Below are positions 27,501 to 40,300 of a DNA stretch of 64,000 nt, piece after piece. The notes below the pieces were generated by a model. The model had not been told where the DNA came from. It saw only the letters and a program-made list of their open reading frames with translations, and ran no database searches. A program made the translations under genes and the position numbers. Position 1 is the first letter of the stretch. Each line of letters begins with the position of its first letter. The stretch comes from Haliotis rubra (Eukaryota): NCBI RefSeq assembly GCF_003918875.1, contig NW_025767734.1, positions 620,001 to 684,000 on the forward strand, given 5' to 3'.

Positions 27501-30500
27501 CTTCTGGTATGCAGTCAGTGTTTTAAACAGACTCTGAGTCTTCTGGTACACTGTCAGTCTTCTGGCAGTGAGTCTTGAGTGGATTGATGTGTATCTCCTG
27601 TTCACCTGAACCTCATTGCACACTGTGAGTGAGTCTTATGGTAGACTTATTCAACTATGTTTTTAGTTTGACTAATGTCAGTTCTGTGTTGGATAAAACT
27701 ACTTCTGTGCCTGTTCAAAAGAACATTCCTTTGGATTTCATTTGGTAGATTGGTAACTGCATAAATTTGATTGCTCTGACACGCAGCTGCCAGATATTAG
27801 TTGAAACTAGGGCTGGATATTGCCCTGATTCTCATATTGCAATATATTGCAATAATTTAAGAGATATTGCAATATATATTGTGATAATTTTTCCTTATCC
27901 TGACTCATGCTAATTATGCTTATCTCCTTCCTCTTGCGAATGATAGTGGAACACTTGAAATCCCTTGAAGTTCCTTTCTAAAAAAGCGGACATAAAATCA
28001 CTCGTGCCTTTCCCTCCTTTTGGCCCAAATGGTCACATTATCGGCCATATTTGTCACTCTCTCCTTCTTCGCCCTTAGGGACGGTTGTGAGAGCACCTGG
28101 GTCCCTATACGGCACATATCCTTTTATTTTAGGACCTTACATCAAATTATTGCTGTATACGTTTTTAAGGATTATGTTCTACATTACGGTTTGAAATTTA
28201 ATCTAAATTTTCCGTTGTTTGACATGTGTTTTCTTCATGTTTACATTTGATGAAAACTTGTATACTCGTTGTAGGTACCAAGTGTCTGCGGCTGACCCTC
28301 ATTTATTATGTCCTAATTGCACTGTTTCATGTTCTTTCAGCTCTCGCTGTAAGTTTTGTGTAAATTTAACTTCGGTTGAATTTAATAATTGCCTTTTTTC
28401 CATCCATAGACGTGCTAAGGACTGGGTACGAAGGTATTCACAAGTCATGTCTAAATCGAGTGATTGCGCTGATAACCATGTGTTAACCACTGCTGCAGAT
28501 ATTCATAATTCCAGTGAACGTTTCTCAGGAGCAGGTCGATGTACCAGTGGTGAACGCCAGAGGCCATAAGAGATCATCGTCTACTGAGCTGACCCCATCA
28601 CAGATGAAGAAGGCTAAATCATCATCTTCACTTAGAAGGCTACTACCATGAAGACTTCAGCGAAGTCTAAGATCAGCTCTACACAGAAGACAAGGTCTTT
28701 CTCAGCCGAGATTGTTTAAGCAGATGTTTAATGATCCACCCATCCTCATACCTGAAGTCACCATCGTCAGTAAGAAGATGAAGCCTGCTTCTACAGCTAC
28801 ATCGGCATTGTTATCAGCGCAGACTTTGACAGAAGACCTTCTATCAACGCAGACATCGGGTACCAGAGATAACAGCAGCGTCAACTCTTCACAAGTGCAG
28901 CGAGCCATAAATGACGTCTCTTCAGTATCAGATGCATCATCCCTGCAGCAGTCTCTTCAGGCAACGCAGAACTTCAACCCGGGACTGTTCATGAAACAGT
29001 TTACAGACCAGATGATGTGGATATGGAACGTTGCTTCGCTCAGGAGAAGGCTGCTGTGAAGACCTCTACAACGACTACTATCCTGCGTGAAGGCTCTACA
29101 CTCTCCCCACCACATCCGGATGAAGAGGGAAGCCTGTGCGAAACATGACGGACACGACGATCTTCCCCATCTGAAGTGAGGAGTCTGGACCAAAGTAGAT
29201 GCTGCAGAGATTGCTGCTAAGAAGTCTCCACGCAGGAAGGAATCGAGGCGTTCTCCCGAACCCTGCAGACATCACAGATATGAGTCTTCATCTCCATCGG
29301 ACTCTGACGCCCATCAAGATCCTGCGTGAAGGCACTCCTACAGAGGGGAAGCTACGTCCAGGAACCCACCTTCGCAAAGGCCTAGAGAATTATCTCAAAA
29401 CTCCAGGAAGGATTCAAGATCGCATCGGCATCAATCGCCTGCGCGAAGCTCATCTTACAGATCATCCTATAGAGACTCAAGGCGTCGTGCATCCATAGAG
29501 CGAGAGATGTCTGAATCAGAGAAAGAAGGTGAAGGCATATTCTCTGATACAGAAGTTAACTCCTGGATCGCCAATGGCTTGGACTTATCATCACCTTCTA
29601 AGGACACAGATGAGGCGTTTAAGTACAAGATGTCCAACGATGATTTCGACACGCTCACCTTTCCACCGATCGACCCGATCTCTCAAGTACCAGACAACCT
29701 CAGCGCAGCTTTTGATAAAGCCACCAAGTCGCAGAATCAGCACATCCCAAAGTTCAACGCCAGGAAAGTCCCTCTACATAGGATGGAACCCTTCCTGAAG
29801 GCTCCAGAGGTTTATGATGACTTCAAGATTATCACCAACTTACAAGATTGAGGACAAGAAGTTAGCGCAGCTGGATACAACCACCAGACGTACTTTCTTC
29901 GGAATAGCCAGATCGAGGGGTATCAACGAAACACTCATCTCGAAGTTCAAGAATTCCTCCGCCGAAGAAGACCGGATGATATACTCCGCTCTACTAATGC
30001 AGAAGAGGGACCATCAGTTTATGTCGGAGCACCTAGCATCCACATCAGCAGGCTTGACTCTCCTGAGAAGACAAGGGTTATTCTCAGCATGCACTTGGAG
30101 TGAGCGCTTCACCAAGTCCATATACATAGCCCAATGGTCAGCATCTTACATCTTCGGAGGAGGAATTGAAGAAGTCGCCAGAGATGATTAAATCCATCAA
30201 CACCTTGGCTAACGTGATTCGTCAGAAGTCCCAACGCTACTCCAATAAATCTAAGTTTTCAGGAGTCCAGAGAGCCAGAGAAAAGAAGTATTCCAGCATG
30301 AAAGTATTCCCAACCGGAGCTCCTAGAGGAAACCAGCAAAATTCAAGATGATACATCTTCCTCAGCTCTGACATCTCATTCGTCCAGCAGACTACCTCGC
30401 CAGCATAGACTGCAACTAGACTTCACCATCGTCACATATCTACATCGTCGAGGTCTACGCAGTGCTTTCCACCTGGACGACAGGATTCGAGCTCATCACG

Positions 30501-33500
30501 ATCCCAGTCAACTTAGACTGCAACTAGACTTCACCATCAGGCTGCTCACTCAACTAGGATGGCTAGTGAATCTCCTCAAGTCGGAACTGGAGCCGAAACA
30601 AGATCTGCAATTTCTAGGAATTTGACTCATCACACCAGTGAATCGCATAGTCGTTCAAGAGGAATGTTGGGTCAAGATACAACAGATGATATCTCAAGCT
30701 TTGCTCTCCGTTGACACTACATGCTTGGCAAAGCATGCTCAGTCTACTCACCTCAGCTCAAAACATGACTCGCAGAGGGAGATTACAGTTGCGCCCACTA
30801 CAAGTATTTGTGAAGGCCCACCTAGACAGTCTAGATCCGTTAATACTACCGGACAGCCTGAAACCATATCTTCTATGGCAGAGGAACCTTTTTGTCAGAG
30901 CCGGTTTGCAACACTTATCTCTACGTGGATGCCTCCCTACAAGGATGGGGTGCACACTTCAACAACGAAGTGGCAGCAGGAAAGTGGTCGAGTCAGGATC
31001 AGAAGTCACACATCAATCTGTTGGAGATGAAAGCAGTAATCAACGCTTTACAACATTGGTCCAGCGTACTAAGAAACACACGACTCATGGTACACACGGA
31101 CAACTCCACAGTGGCGTTTTACATCAACAAACAAGGGTCAACAAGATCAACAAGTCTGCTACTCCTGTTCAGCATAGTCGACGACCTGAACATCTACATG
31201 AAGGCATGCCACATTCCGGGAGCAAAGAATTTCATAGCAGACGCCCTATCTCGTCCACTACAACCATCCCCGACAGAATGGATGTTGCATCCAGAAGCAT
31301 TCCAGTTCAATAGACAGACTATAGGATCCCCACTAATAGACCTGTTTGCAACAAAGTTCGACAAACAGCTACCTACGTTCGTCTCACCGATTCCAGATCC
31401 TAAGGCATGGGCAACAGACGCTCTAAGCATCTCATGTGAAGGAGTAAATGCTTACCCGTTTCCGCCTCCTGCACTGCTACCACAAGTACTACAGAAAATC
31501 AAGCATACGGCTACGTTGCAACTGATTTTAGCAAGGGTATGGTTTCCCGTCCTCATACAAGAACTGGGAAGTCCAACCCTGAAACTAGTTTGAGTGGTCA
31601 AACCTACTCGTCCATCCACACACCAGCAGAGATTTGAACAATATGCAAAGAGGAAAGGCTTTACAGCAGTGAAAGCAACACATCCTCAAGTGGCGGAATA
31701 CTTATGTCATCTACAACAGACGAGACACTTAAAAGGTTCAACACTCTCAACTTGCTTAGCTGCCCTCAGTACAGTTATCACAATGAAAACGGGTATCAAG
31801 CTGACCAAAGTACCAGATATTCTGGCACTACTACGCTCGTTCAAGTTGGAAGACCAACAAAAGAAATTTAAGGCTCCTGCCTGGGATCTCAACATAGTTC
31901 TACAACATCTCACCAGTGATGCCTACGAGCCTCTAGAATGGACACCCTTTGAACTACTAACTCAGAAAACGCTTTTCCTGATCGCCCTAGCAACAGCTGC
32001 AAGGATGTCAGAAATACATGCTCTGGACAAACACGATTTGAATCAAGACATCGTGACATCGTAGATCTTGGATTAAGATTGGATTTTATCGCCAAGAACA
32101 AACTGCCTGGTCAGCCTGACAGAAAGTGCCACATTCCAGCACTATCTACAGTCCTCGGGCCACAGGATACACAGGATCTATCCTTATGCCCAGTCAGAGG
32201 ACTTAAAGTCTACTTACAGAGAACTAAAACAAGGAGCCTATTCATCCCCTTATCCACCGAGATGCCCACGGAAGTCGGACAACGAGATCGGGATGAGAGC
32301 CATTATACCAAGGGCCTATAAAGCAGCAGGACTTGACACTGGCCTCAATCCACATGAAGAAACTGCTCGCTCTGCATGGAAACTCGATTACAACTATAAT
32401 TGAGGGCTGCTTTTGGAGATCGAACACGGTGTTTGCCAACCACTACCTCAGAGACATTGCCACCGAAGACGTCTCAGGCATTCACCAGGTTGGGACACTT
32501 GTTGTAGCACAACAACTAACAGTTCCACAAAGGCGCTGAGTAAATCTCACCACTTTTATCACGTGACTTGTGAAAACCAATGTTCTGGAGAGCAATGGCT
32601 ATAAGTCCATGCACACGTCTAGGACAGACTAGCATGAGTGATAGACCCTGTACTTGTATAGGACATACTTGTACATGAAGAAAGGTCGCATCTCCACTTG
32701 ATGCGTGCATCAAGAGGAGATGGAGTTGCAATAGATAATGGAATATTAGTATATCTAAAATCCACACGAAAATGTCAGGAGAAGTTTCGGAGAAATCTGA
32801 CAAGTTGTGGTCCCCCAAGACTCATCAGAAAGAAGTTGAAAGAACAGAACCTTTAACAGTGCCGTCATAAGTTCCCAAGGGGGGTAATACAGGACGTAAA
32901 TCTACAACCAGTGAATCCAGAATGTGGCCTGACCCACCACCGTTTCCGACGGATTCTGCAAGAGTAGGAGTGAGTCAGGATAAGGAAAAATATGTAATTT
33001 TCTGACTAAAATAGATATTAATATACTTATCCTGACTCATGAGGTTAGCCCTCCCAACCACCCCTCTTATGGCACTCTGGATTTCCCTGGCTGATCATGT
33101 GACCATTTGGGCGCCAAAAGGGAGGAAAGGGACGCTACTTGTGTGTGAGTGATTTTACATCCGCTTTTTTAGAAAGGGAACTTCAAGGGATTTCAAGTGT
33201 TCCACTATCATTCGCAAGAGGAAGGAGACAAGCACAATTAGCATGTGTCAGAATAAGTATAAAATATCAATTATAGTCAGAAATTTACATTATTGAACGG
33301 AGGGTTTCTGCCCAAGTGCGTACATCATAAATTCATAATAGCTCTCGACAGTGTGCGACAGTATCTTCTTAGTTGCTGTTACACCATACTTTCAGGGTCC
33401 CAGTCCCCATTGTGTATGGGTGTATGCCAATCGTTTACAGATAAATAAAACAATATAGAACCTTGATGTGGAATGTTTAATTGAGGTATTGCAACAAAGG

Positions 33501-36500
33501 TTTGAGAACATAATGATAAAGTATAGTAATAGTATAACATAAGTTTCATGGACAGTTCTTCAACAGAATGCACTTCAATACAGCTGCAATTATTGTTACT
33601 GTATGTCAGTGATAAAATCAGATTCAACTCCAATATAAACTATTGCAAAATGAAACAAAAACATAAACTATTTGAGCTTAACATCTCATGTGACCTCCAG
33701 TAACTAACATCCTTGACTAGTATGTCATTATACAGTTAGAAAGACTTAGACCTTTAGAAAGACTTAGACCTTTTTGATAAATTAATAACATACACTAAAC
33801 GCCAAAAGAAACGTTACCCTCCTTCCTTAATGACGGAGGTACCTGTCTTCAGCTGGCGTTGTGATGCGTGGATGTCCACTTCTTGGTCTGTCTACGGTGA
33901 CCCAAGTCTGTCTGTAGAGCTGAATAAGTCTTATAACCATGATACGGCATTGGCAACTGCATTAATTGACGACCCCATCTGCGCCATCACAATGGCTCTT
34001 TCTCTGTCTTAAGCTGTGAATCGTTAAAAAATCGTTGAAAAATAAAAATCGTCATCACCCCCCAAGCCATCAAAATGTCACATATGAAACCATTCAAACC
34101 CACAAAACGTAAAGCATTTAGTAGAGTATTTGGCACTTTTGGAGCCACTTATAAAGATACTCCCACTTGTAAAATGTTACATGAAACCAACAGAAATAAA
34201 AATATGTTTGGCACTTTTAGAGCACATTTTTTTGCTTTGGAAACCAAGGGCAGATAATACAAAGGGAGCTAACTCTGGATGACCCAATATATTGCAGAAT
34301 CTGAACCATATCGCGATAATCATATCGGTTTACCGGTAATATTGCACAGCCCTAGTTGAAACACTGTCCTAATATGGGTTTGAGCCAACTAGCTCAGAAT
34401 GAATGGAAATATGGTCTGAAGATTGTATTCAGTATATGATTCATCTGTGTGGGGATGTTTTCAGAAAAGAGATCTGAGGAAAGATGAAGAAGGCAGAAAG
34501 ATGGATTTTATTCAAGAAGAAAGGCAGAAGACTATTGATAGACTCAAATCCTACAAAGTTGTAAGTGACACCAGTTTTATGGATTCTACACTACCTTCTT
34601 GTTGTTCATCATCATGCATCATGCACAGAGCAATGTATTTGTTTACTGACTTGGTTAACAATTACAGCAAAACAGCTTTTGAAATAGGAAACAGGAAATA
34701 CTTCTATTTTCTTCATGTTTCAGTAATAGAGAACCACTGCCAGTACTCTTAATTGGATAAATACTTGATCTTCTAAATAACCAGTCTTGCAGCATTGTGT
34801 TTCTATCCCAATAAAGTACTGGCACATGTTCTCTATCTATCAGAGAACACAGGCAAATACTGAAGTTCCACAATTTATACACTGCATATCACACAAACTC
34901 CACCATTGAAGAAAAAAGCCCAATTTCAAATGACAGGTTCATGCAGTCAAGTGTTTGTAGTCTAAGGCCAGTCAGACTGATATGAACAAGTTTCATGCCT
35001 GTATAAACTGTATACTTTACAGAACCCCATCAGGACAAACACACTCCACTTGTCCAACATACAGTAACCACACATTGGACGGGAGTATTGCCTGTGCAAT
35101 CTGCTTGGAATGCACAGTGCATAGGTCCAAATGTTCTAATCCAAATTGTACCAGAGGTATCAAATATATCTATAACATAGGTATAAATAAATACCTAATG
35201 TATGAATAAGTGGTAGTTTTGCTGCATAATATTAAACATGTGCTTTGCCTCCAGAAATACCCAACACCAGCCACAATCAAGCCACCTCGATACCAACCAC
35301 CAAGCCAGAGAAAAGGATCGCCAGGTGGTAACGATACTCTGTCCCTTCAAGTTAAATCAAGGGGAAGCAACTCCCTCGCTAGTAATAAAGGTTCTGCCAG
35401 ACCATCGCCCAGAGACAGAAAGAAGTTTGTGAGGCCTGCAGTTGCCAAGGACACCACTGACTCAGGTGTCACAATCTTCGTTAATGGACAGACTCTAACA
35501 GGATCCATGTTGGAAAATGATACAGCCACTTCTATGCCACCTCAAAGTAGCAATCCACCTCCAAGTGGGCCTCCACCACCGCCTCCACCACCACCACCAC
35601 CACCACCACCTCCTCCTCCTCCTCCACCCCCCCCAATCCCAACAGGTGCCCCTTCTCACCTCACTGGAGCTGGGTCACAAGGGTCTTCTCCATTTGGTAA
35701 CCTGGAAGAAGCACGGAACAGACTGAAGAAGTCATCTGCTGCAGACGCGAAACCGTCTCTCCAGTTATCTGGGGGGCCACCGTCAGTGCAGTCTTTGTTG
35801 GCAGGCAGGAATCAGCTGAAGCCGTTGTTGGAGAGACCAGAGAAAACATCACAGTCAGGTCAGTTCAACAGGATCAGATACACAATTCCTCTTTTCTGTT
35901 ATTGCCAGACTCAGTATAGTCTGTCTCCCAAACCATGGGGAACAAATCAAATGCTAAATCCATTTCCAGTCTTGAATGATTTAACAGGTCTATATGATCT
36001 CAACTCTATATTGCCTCAGCTCTTTGAAATTAAGCATTGTTTCGGGCTCCATTTGAATTCTAGTTCTTCTGTAGATATATTCTTTAAACTTATTTTGGGG
36101 ACTAAAAAGTTAGTCTTTCCTTGATAGGCCAGCATATTTATCTCCAGTGTATTATGATAAATGCCCCAGACACATCTTCTGAAAATGTTCATCTCTCTAG
36201 CTCATGGGAGTAATTTACATAGGTGGCTATTCAACTGTCCCTCAAATCAGACTCAGCCATGAGGCTATGGTGGCCATGTTGTCTGGGGTATTTATAATAA
36301 CATGTTGGAGGAATACTTCTGTGGGTAACTGAGGGTGAGTGATCACTGAGAATGTATCCCCCTAAAATGTCATCACTAACCTGTTTGCTTATGTTCATTT
36401 CCTGTTGAACACGGTTGACAGAATGGTACAAAACTACCATTCAGCATTCATTCAAGTTGAATATATGAATTTGTGGTGTCCGTTTGTGACAATCTGCTGT

Positions 36501-37371
36501 ATATGAGTGAGTGAGTATGGTTTTACACCGCTTTAGCAATATTCCAGCAATATCACGACAGGGGACACCAGAAATGGGCTTCATATTTTGTACCCATGTG
36601 GGGAATCAAACCCGGGTCTTCGGCTTTAACCACTAGGCTACCCCACCCGCCCCTACTGTATATGAAGATAGCTTCATGCAAACACACCCAGCGGTGCAGA
36701 TAGGCTGCGTATCTGCGTAAATTACGCAAATATGTATGTTAAAATTCAATTCTTATCAAGTCTATTGCATACAAGTACACTTGAATTTTTGTAAATACTC
36801 AATAAATTATATCTTACATGCATACACACCAAAATGTCGAATCTTAGCTTGCATAGATAAAATAACTGAGGTATATTCAGAGGTTCTATTTCAACACATG
36901 AACTTGCCAACTTTCAGTCTATCTTATCGTTCCTCATATTACAGATACAAAATAAATAACTTTTAAACTTTATTATATTTTTACAATTAATGGAAAATGG
37001 CACAAACCCAATTGAGTTTGAGTGAGGTGGGTACAATTTTATTGGTTACTCGAAGGAAAATTAGGATACCCAATTGAGATGAAACACAAGCGAGTACATA
37101 ACTCAATGACCCAAAATGTTATCTGTAGCTCTGCACACCCATCATATCTTTGACAGATCCACTGGGAGACATATTTGGCATGATAAAGAAGGGCATTAAA
37201 CTTCGTCCAGTACAGCGTGAGGGGAGTGAGGACATGCCATCTCTGGTCAGCAGACCTCCAAGTGAAGACCATCTGCAGATGCTGAAGAACAGACTGACCA
37301 AGATCAACCAGATGACCCATGGCAGTTCCCCAGAGAGAGAAGACAGCGATGACAACAGCTTTGACGACTAA
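21558..37371 (+). CDS. WHAMM/JMY-family actin nucleation-promoting factor, 9 coding exons, ~789 aa; 1-nt frameshift in exon 1 of this sequence
   Basis: Exons 21558-22402, 23238-23319, 23556-23646, 24021-24186, 24689-24873, 26023-26109, 34465-34560, 35255-35858, 37157-37371; phases consistent. N-terminal DSLEGWV..FLVAWN..GLFTFQEL..H, coiled coil with VFYD and IQEERQKTIDRL motifs, polyproline, WH2 repeats, central and acidic tail. AATAAA at 38753. Confidence 0.9.
22588..22935 (-). mobile_element. tRNA-derived SINE, family C (Meta/MESC-like core)
   Basis: On the - strand: head GACCGCCTCCGTGGTGTAGTGG..GGTTCGATCCC, core TGGCGCTCGGCATTAA..GTCAGTATAATGTGTCTGAGT, tail GCGGCGTTAAAC related to families A and B. 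Confidence 0.85.
24450..24615 (-). mobile_element. tRNA-derived SINE, family A
   Basis: Consensus match; TSD AGATATACAAAG. Confidence 0.9.
24949..25263. mobile_element. PIF/Harbinger-type MITE
   Basis: ~29-bp perfect TIR GGCCAGACCAATTTTATTTCTTGTTTTAC; TTA TSD. Confidence 0.85.
25312..25794. mobile_element. MITE with CAG..CAGATA termini and 6-bp TSD
   Basis: CAGAGGCCCAGATAAG / CTTATCTGGAGCTCTG flanked by ATTAAT on both sides. Confidence 0.8.
26187..27570. repeat. 19-bp minisatellite, ~70 copies
   Basis: Unit AGTCTTCTGGTA(C/T)GCTGT(G/C), degenerating toward the 3' end. Confidence 0.97.
28219..30351 (+). pseudogene. DIRS gag-like ORF1, fragmented
   Basis: N-terminal C-x6-DPHLLCPNC..C..RCKFC zinc finger typical of DIRS ORF1, then S/R-rich region; many stops and frameshifts. 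Confidence 0.7.
30430..31593 (+). pseudogene. DIRS RT (mostly deleted), RNase H and methyltransferase-like domain
   Basis: YVDASLQGWGAH..HINLLEMKAV..HTDNSTVAFYINKQG..HIPGAKNFIADALSR; IDLFAT..DALS..AYPFPP. Confidence 0.88.
31594..32539 (+). pseudogene. DIRS tyrosine recombinase, frameshifted
   Basis: PAWDLNIVL..LTQKTLFLIALATAARMSEIHAL; LCPVRGLKVY; CFWRSNTVFANHYLRD. Confidence 0.88.
36505..36653 (-). mobile_element. tRNA-derived SINE, family A
   Basis: Consensus match; TSD CTGTATATGA. Confidence 0.88.
36689..37133. mobile_element. MITE with CAG..CAGATA termini and 6-bp TSD
   Basis: CAGCGGTGCAGATAGG / TTATCTGTAGCTCTG flanked by CACACC on both sides; subterminal similarity to the 25312 copy. 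Confidence 0.8.
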
Positions 37372-40300
37372 CTGCAAAGTGGTATCTCTATGAATATTGC
37401 TGAAAGAATAATCTATTACAGGAGGGGGTTGGTCAGAGGTTTTTGATGGACTAATGTAATGAAAATTTTGAGCCTGCTCTTTAAGACAAAATGCATAATC
37501 TCTTTATATTTTGCTATAAAATGGACATTTTTCATGATCCTCCCCAAAAGTGTATTATTGTATTTGACCATCACTCACTCATATGTTCAAATGAACATTC
37601 TAAATTCCCTCTGACTCATCATCCAGGTAATAACGACTGCTCCCTAACATAAGCACTCAAAAGTGCATGTTGAAGTATTAGGAATGTACACGCCTTCAAA
37701 TGTAGCAGCAGCGTTTTTATAATTATTACTTATACTAATGGACTAAAGACAGCTCATCTTTTGCCTCCTTTAAACCTTTAAAACATTACTTGTTTGAAAA
37801 ATAATTACAAATATATGTTGAGTATTCTTTAAATAAATAGTGTAAATAGTTTCTATATTGGTCTGTGGAATGTCAAAATGATGATTGTAAACGGCCCTCT
37901 CCCAAAGATCACTGTCATGCAGGATACAGGGCTGTAACAGCATCCCTGTGTGTTTGATGTCCTGTCATAGTCTATCAGACTGCAGCCCATTGAATGGTTG
38001 TCACCAAGCACTGCCTCGTCCATAAGTCCTTATTGCTTTCAGTGCAGAGGTATTTTAACATTGAATGCAGTGCAATTAGAATTTTCTATTGATTGTTATT
38101 GTCATCAGTACAAAAGGCATTTTCACCTTCACATACATAAAGCAGTAGCTATGATAATAATTAGAGGAAAGTTCCATTTTGAGTATGTTTATGCAGTATT
38201 TACACCAATGACCCACTGTCAGCCAGTGTGAATGCCGACATGACGTCTCTCATGAATTTAACAGAAAATGAACCAGTGTATAGATATGGCAAAGAAAGAG
38301 ATGCTGAACTGTGAGTAATGGTTAACAGGATATGGCTTGTCATTTGGTAGTCATATAGGATATTTAATCAGATTTATTTCCCACCAACAGTTTTTTCCCT
38401 TTGAATAACATTCTCTGCACATGAAATGTGAACATTGCCGTCTTGAAAGTCTTCACCACATCAGCAATACGAGAATATTGCTATTTCACCATATACAGGA
38501 ATCATTGTGTCACAAATCTTGTTTTAAATTGTTTTAATTGTTATTGTGATAGTAATTTGTAAATACCCTTATTGTACAGACTATAATTGTACCACAGCCA
38601 TGTGTTAGATGTAATTTATCCTATTTATTATGATTTTGTTGTGCGTGTAATAATGGTTTCCCATGTAAGACTTTTAAATCGTTTAATTTTGTTATTATTT
38701 TAAGCCATAGTCAGCTTGATCTTTTTAAGCATGGTGTGTCATATGGGAAAATAATAAATGTATCAATGAAATATGTAACTTGTAGTTACTTTAACATCAT
38801 TTCCTGTTTTCACTTTTGCTTGTCAACTGGTCAACATTATTAGGCTGTCCATACTTCCCCCCGTTTCCCACGCACTCTGATGTTTCATACTGACATGAAA
38901 TATAAAAGTTTTCTATCTTAATTTTCCCTGATGCAGAGGAAAATTATTTCCATATTGATAAGAAAACACAGGTTAGATTGATCTTTCTTCATCTAAATCA
39001 ATTTAAGAATTGTTTCCAAAGCAAAGAGACTATATATAAATCATGAATCTATTAAGACCATTACTATGAGATACCTATTTGAGAAAAGTGTGATAATTCA
39101 CATCATAACACCTATTTAGTAATATATCAATGATGACAAACAACTGTTGTGTGTGCTTCTCCAAGCCAGTACAAGAAAACATTGTTATATCACTGTAACC
39201 ACCAAAAGGTACATGAGGACTTTTTCCTAATTAAAATGTAGCACTCTGAAATGCACATCTGATAGTCAGTGCCCCCAAAAAACAATATTCGTTGAAGCAG
39301 TATCACAAGGAGTATACAGTATAAGTTTGTATGTGTCCTGCATCAAAGCTGAGGTGAACTTTTGTACTTTTGCTGTGTCTTGTGAATTTAAACTTGTAAG
39401 CAATGTGCAGCTTTTTGCTTCAAATAGGGTTGCAAGGAAATTGTTTTCCTGCTCAGAGAGCCATGTACAGCCTGTTTAACAGATTTATGATCCTCAGAAT
39501 TGTATTTACAGGATACATGACATCTTATCAAGATGACATAAACCAAATCAGACTTCAACATTCTAACATACAGGAAAGATCAATTTTATGGCCACAAGAA
39601 TGCTCAACAATAATATAGCATTTACGCTGCGCTTTGGATAATTTCAGCATCCTGTAAATAACAAATTTAGGAAATATTTCTCTCAGCAATAGACGCCCAA
39701 CTAAAACATATCATAGATTCAATTACAGAAATAGTCGTGAGGGAGACATAGAACAGAAAACTGATCATGTATCCCAGCTGAAGCAACACACAACATGACT
39801 GATGTGTACAAGTGTTTAATGAAGACTGATGATGTTACAATTATTAAGATTTGATTTCTTCCTTCTCATTCGTCCACTTCCTTGAACCTCAAGCTCTTGT
39901 CTTGGGGCATGTGATAGCACCTGGAGTTCTGCAAAACAGGCAAATGTTTCATCTGATAAATGGGAATCATTAAGTCAGGCACGTACTCGCCAATAATCAT
40001 GTGTCTTACATTTCACAACTTTCTAAATGGCATTTTTCATTCATAGGGTAAACATAACCATATATTGGAGGGACACGTGATTTTGTCGCATCAATATAAA
40101 TGTTCAAAAATACAATGAACACCTTGATATTCACTTCTGACGACTGATCATGTGGAAAAGATATACACGTGTAGGTTGGTGGCCCAGTTTTGTACTAGAC
40201 AAACCATTTTGATACAGGTTTAAGAATTAACCCAAGTCATACAACTGAGAATACTCACAGTTGGCTTCAGTGGAATAATCACAGCTTTGTTTGGTGGAGC

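Larger units (their letters stand above)
27888..33290 (+). mobile_element. DIRS1-type tyrosine-recombinase retrotransposon, near full length but decayed
   Basis: Inverted terminal repeats (~27888-28048 and ~33088-33290), internal complementary region ~32970-33042 matching both termini, gag zinc finger, RNase H, methyltransferase-like and YR remnants. Confidence 0.93.
27808..34354. mobile_element. Non-autonomous hAT element hosting the DIRS insertion
   Basis: TIR TAGGGCTG / CAGCCCTA; perfect 8-bp TSD GTTGAAAC at 27800-27807 and 34355-34362. Confidence 0.85.

Noticed and set aside
31310-31480. Bacterial or phage DNA adenine methylase suggesting horizontal transfer
   Set aside because: This is the methyltransferase-like domain normally found after RNase H in DIRS1 elements.
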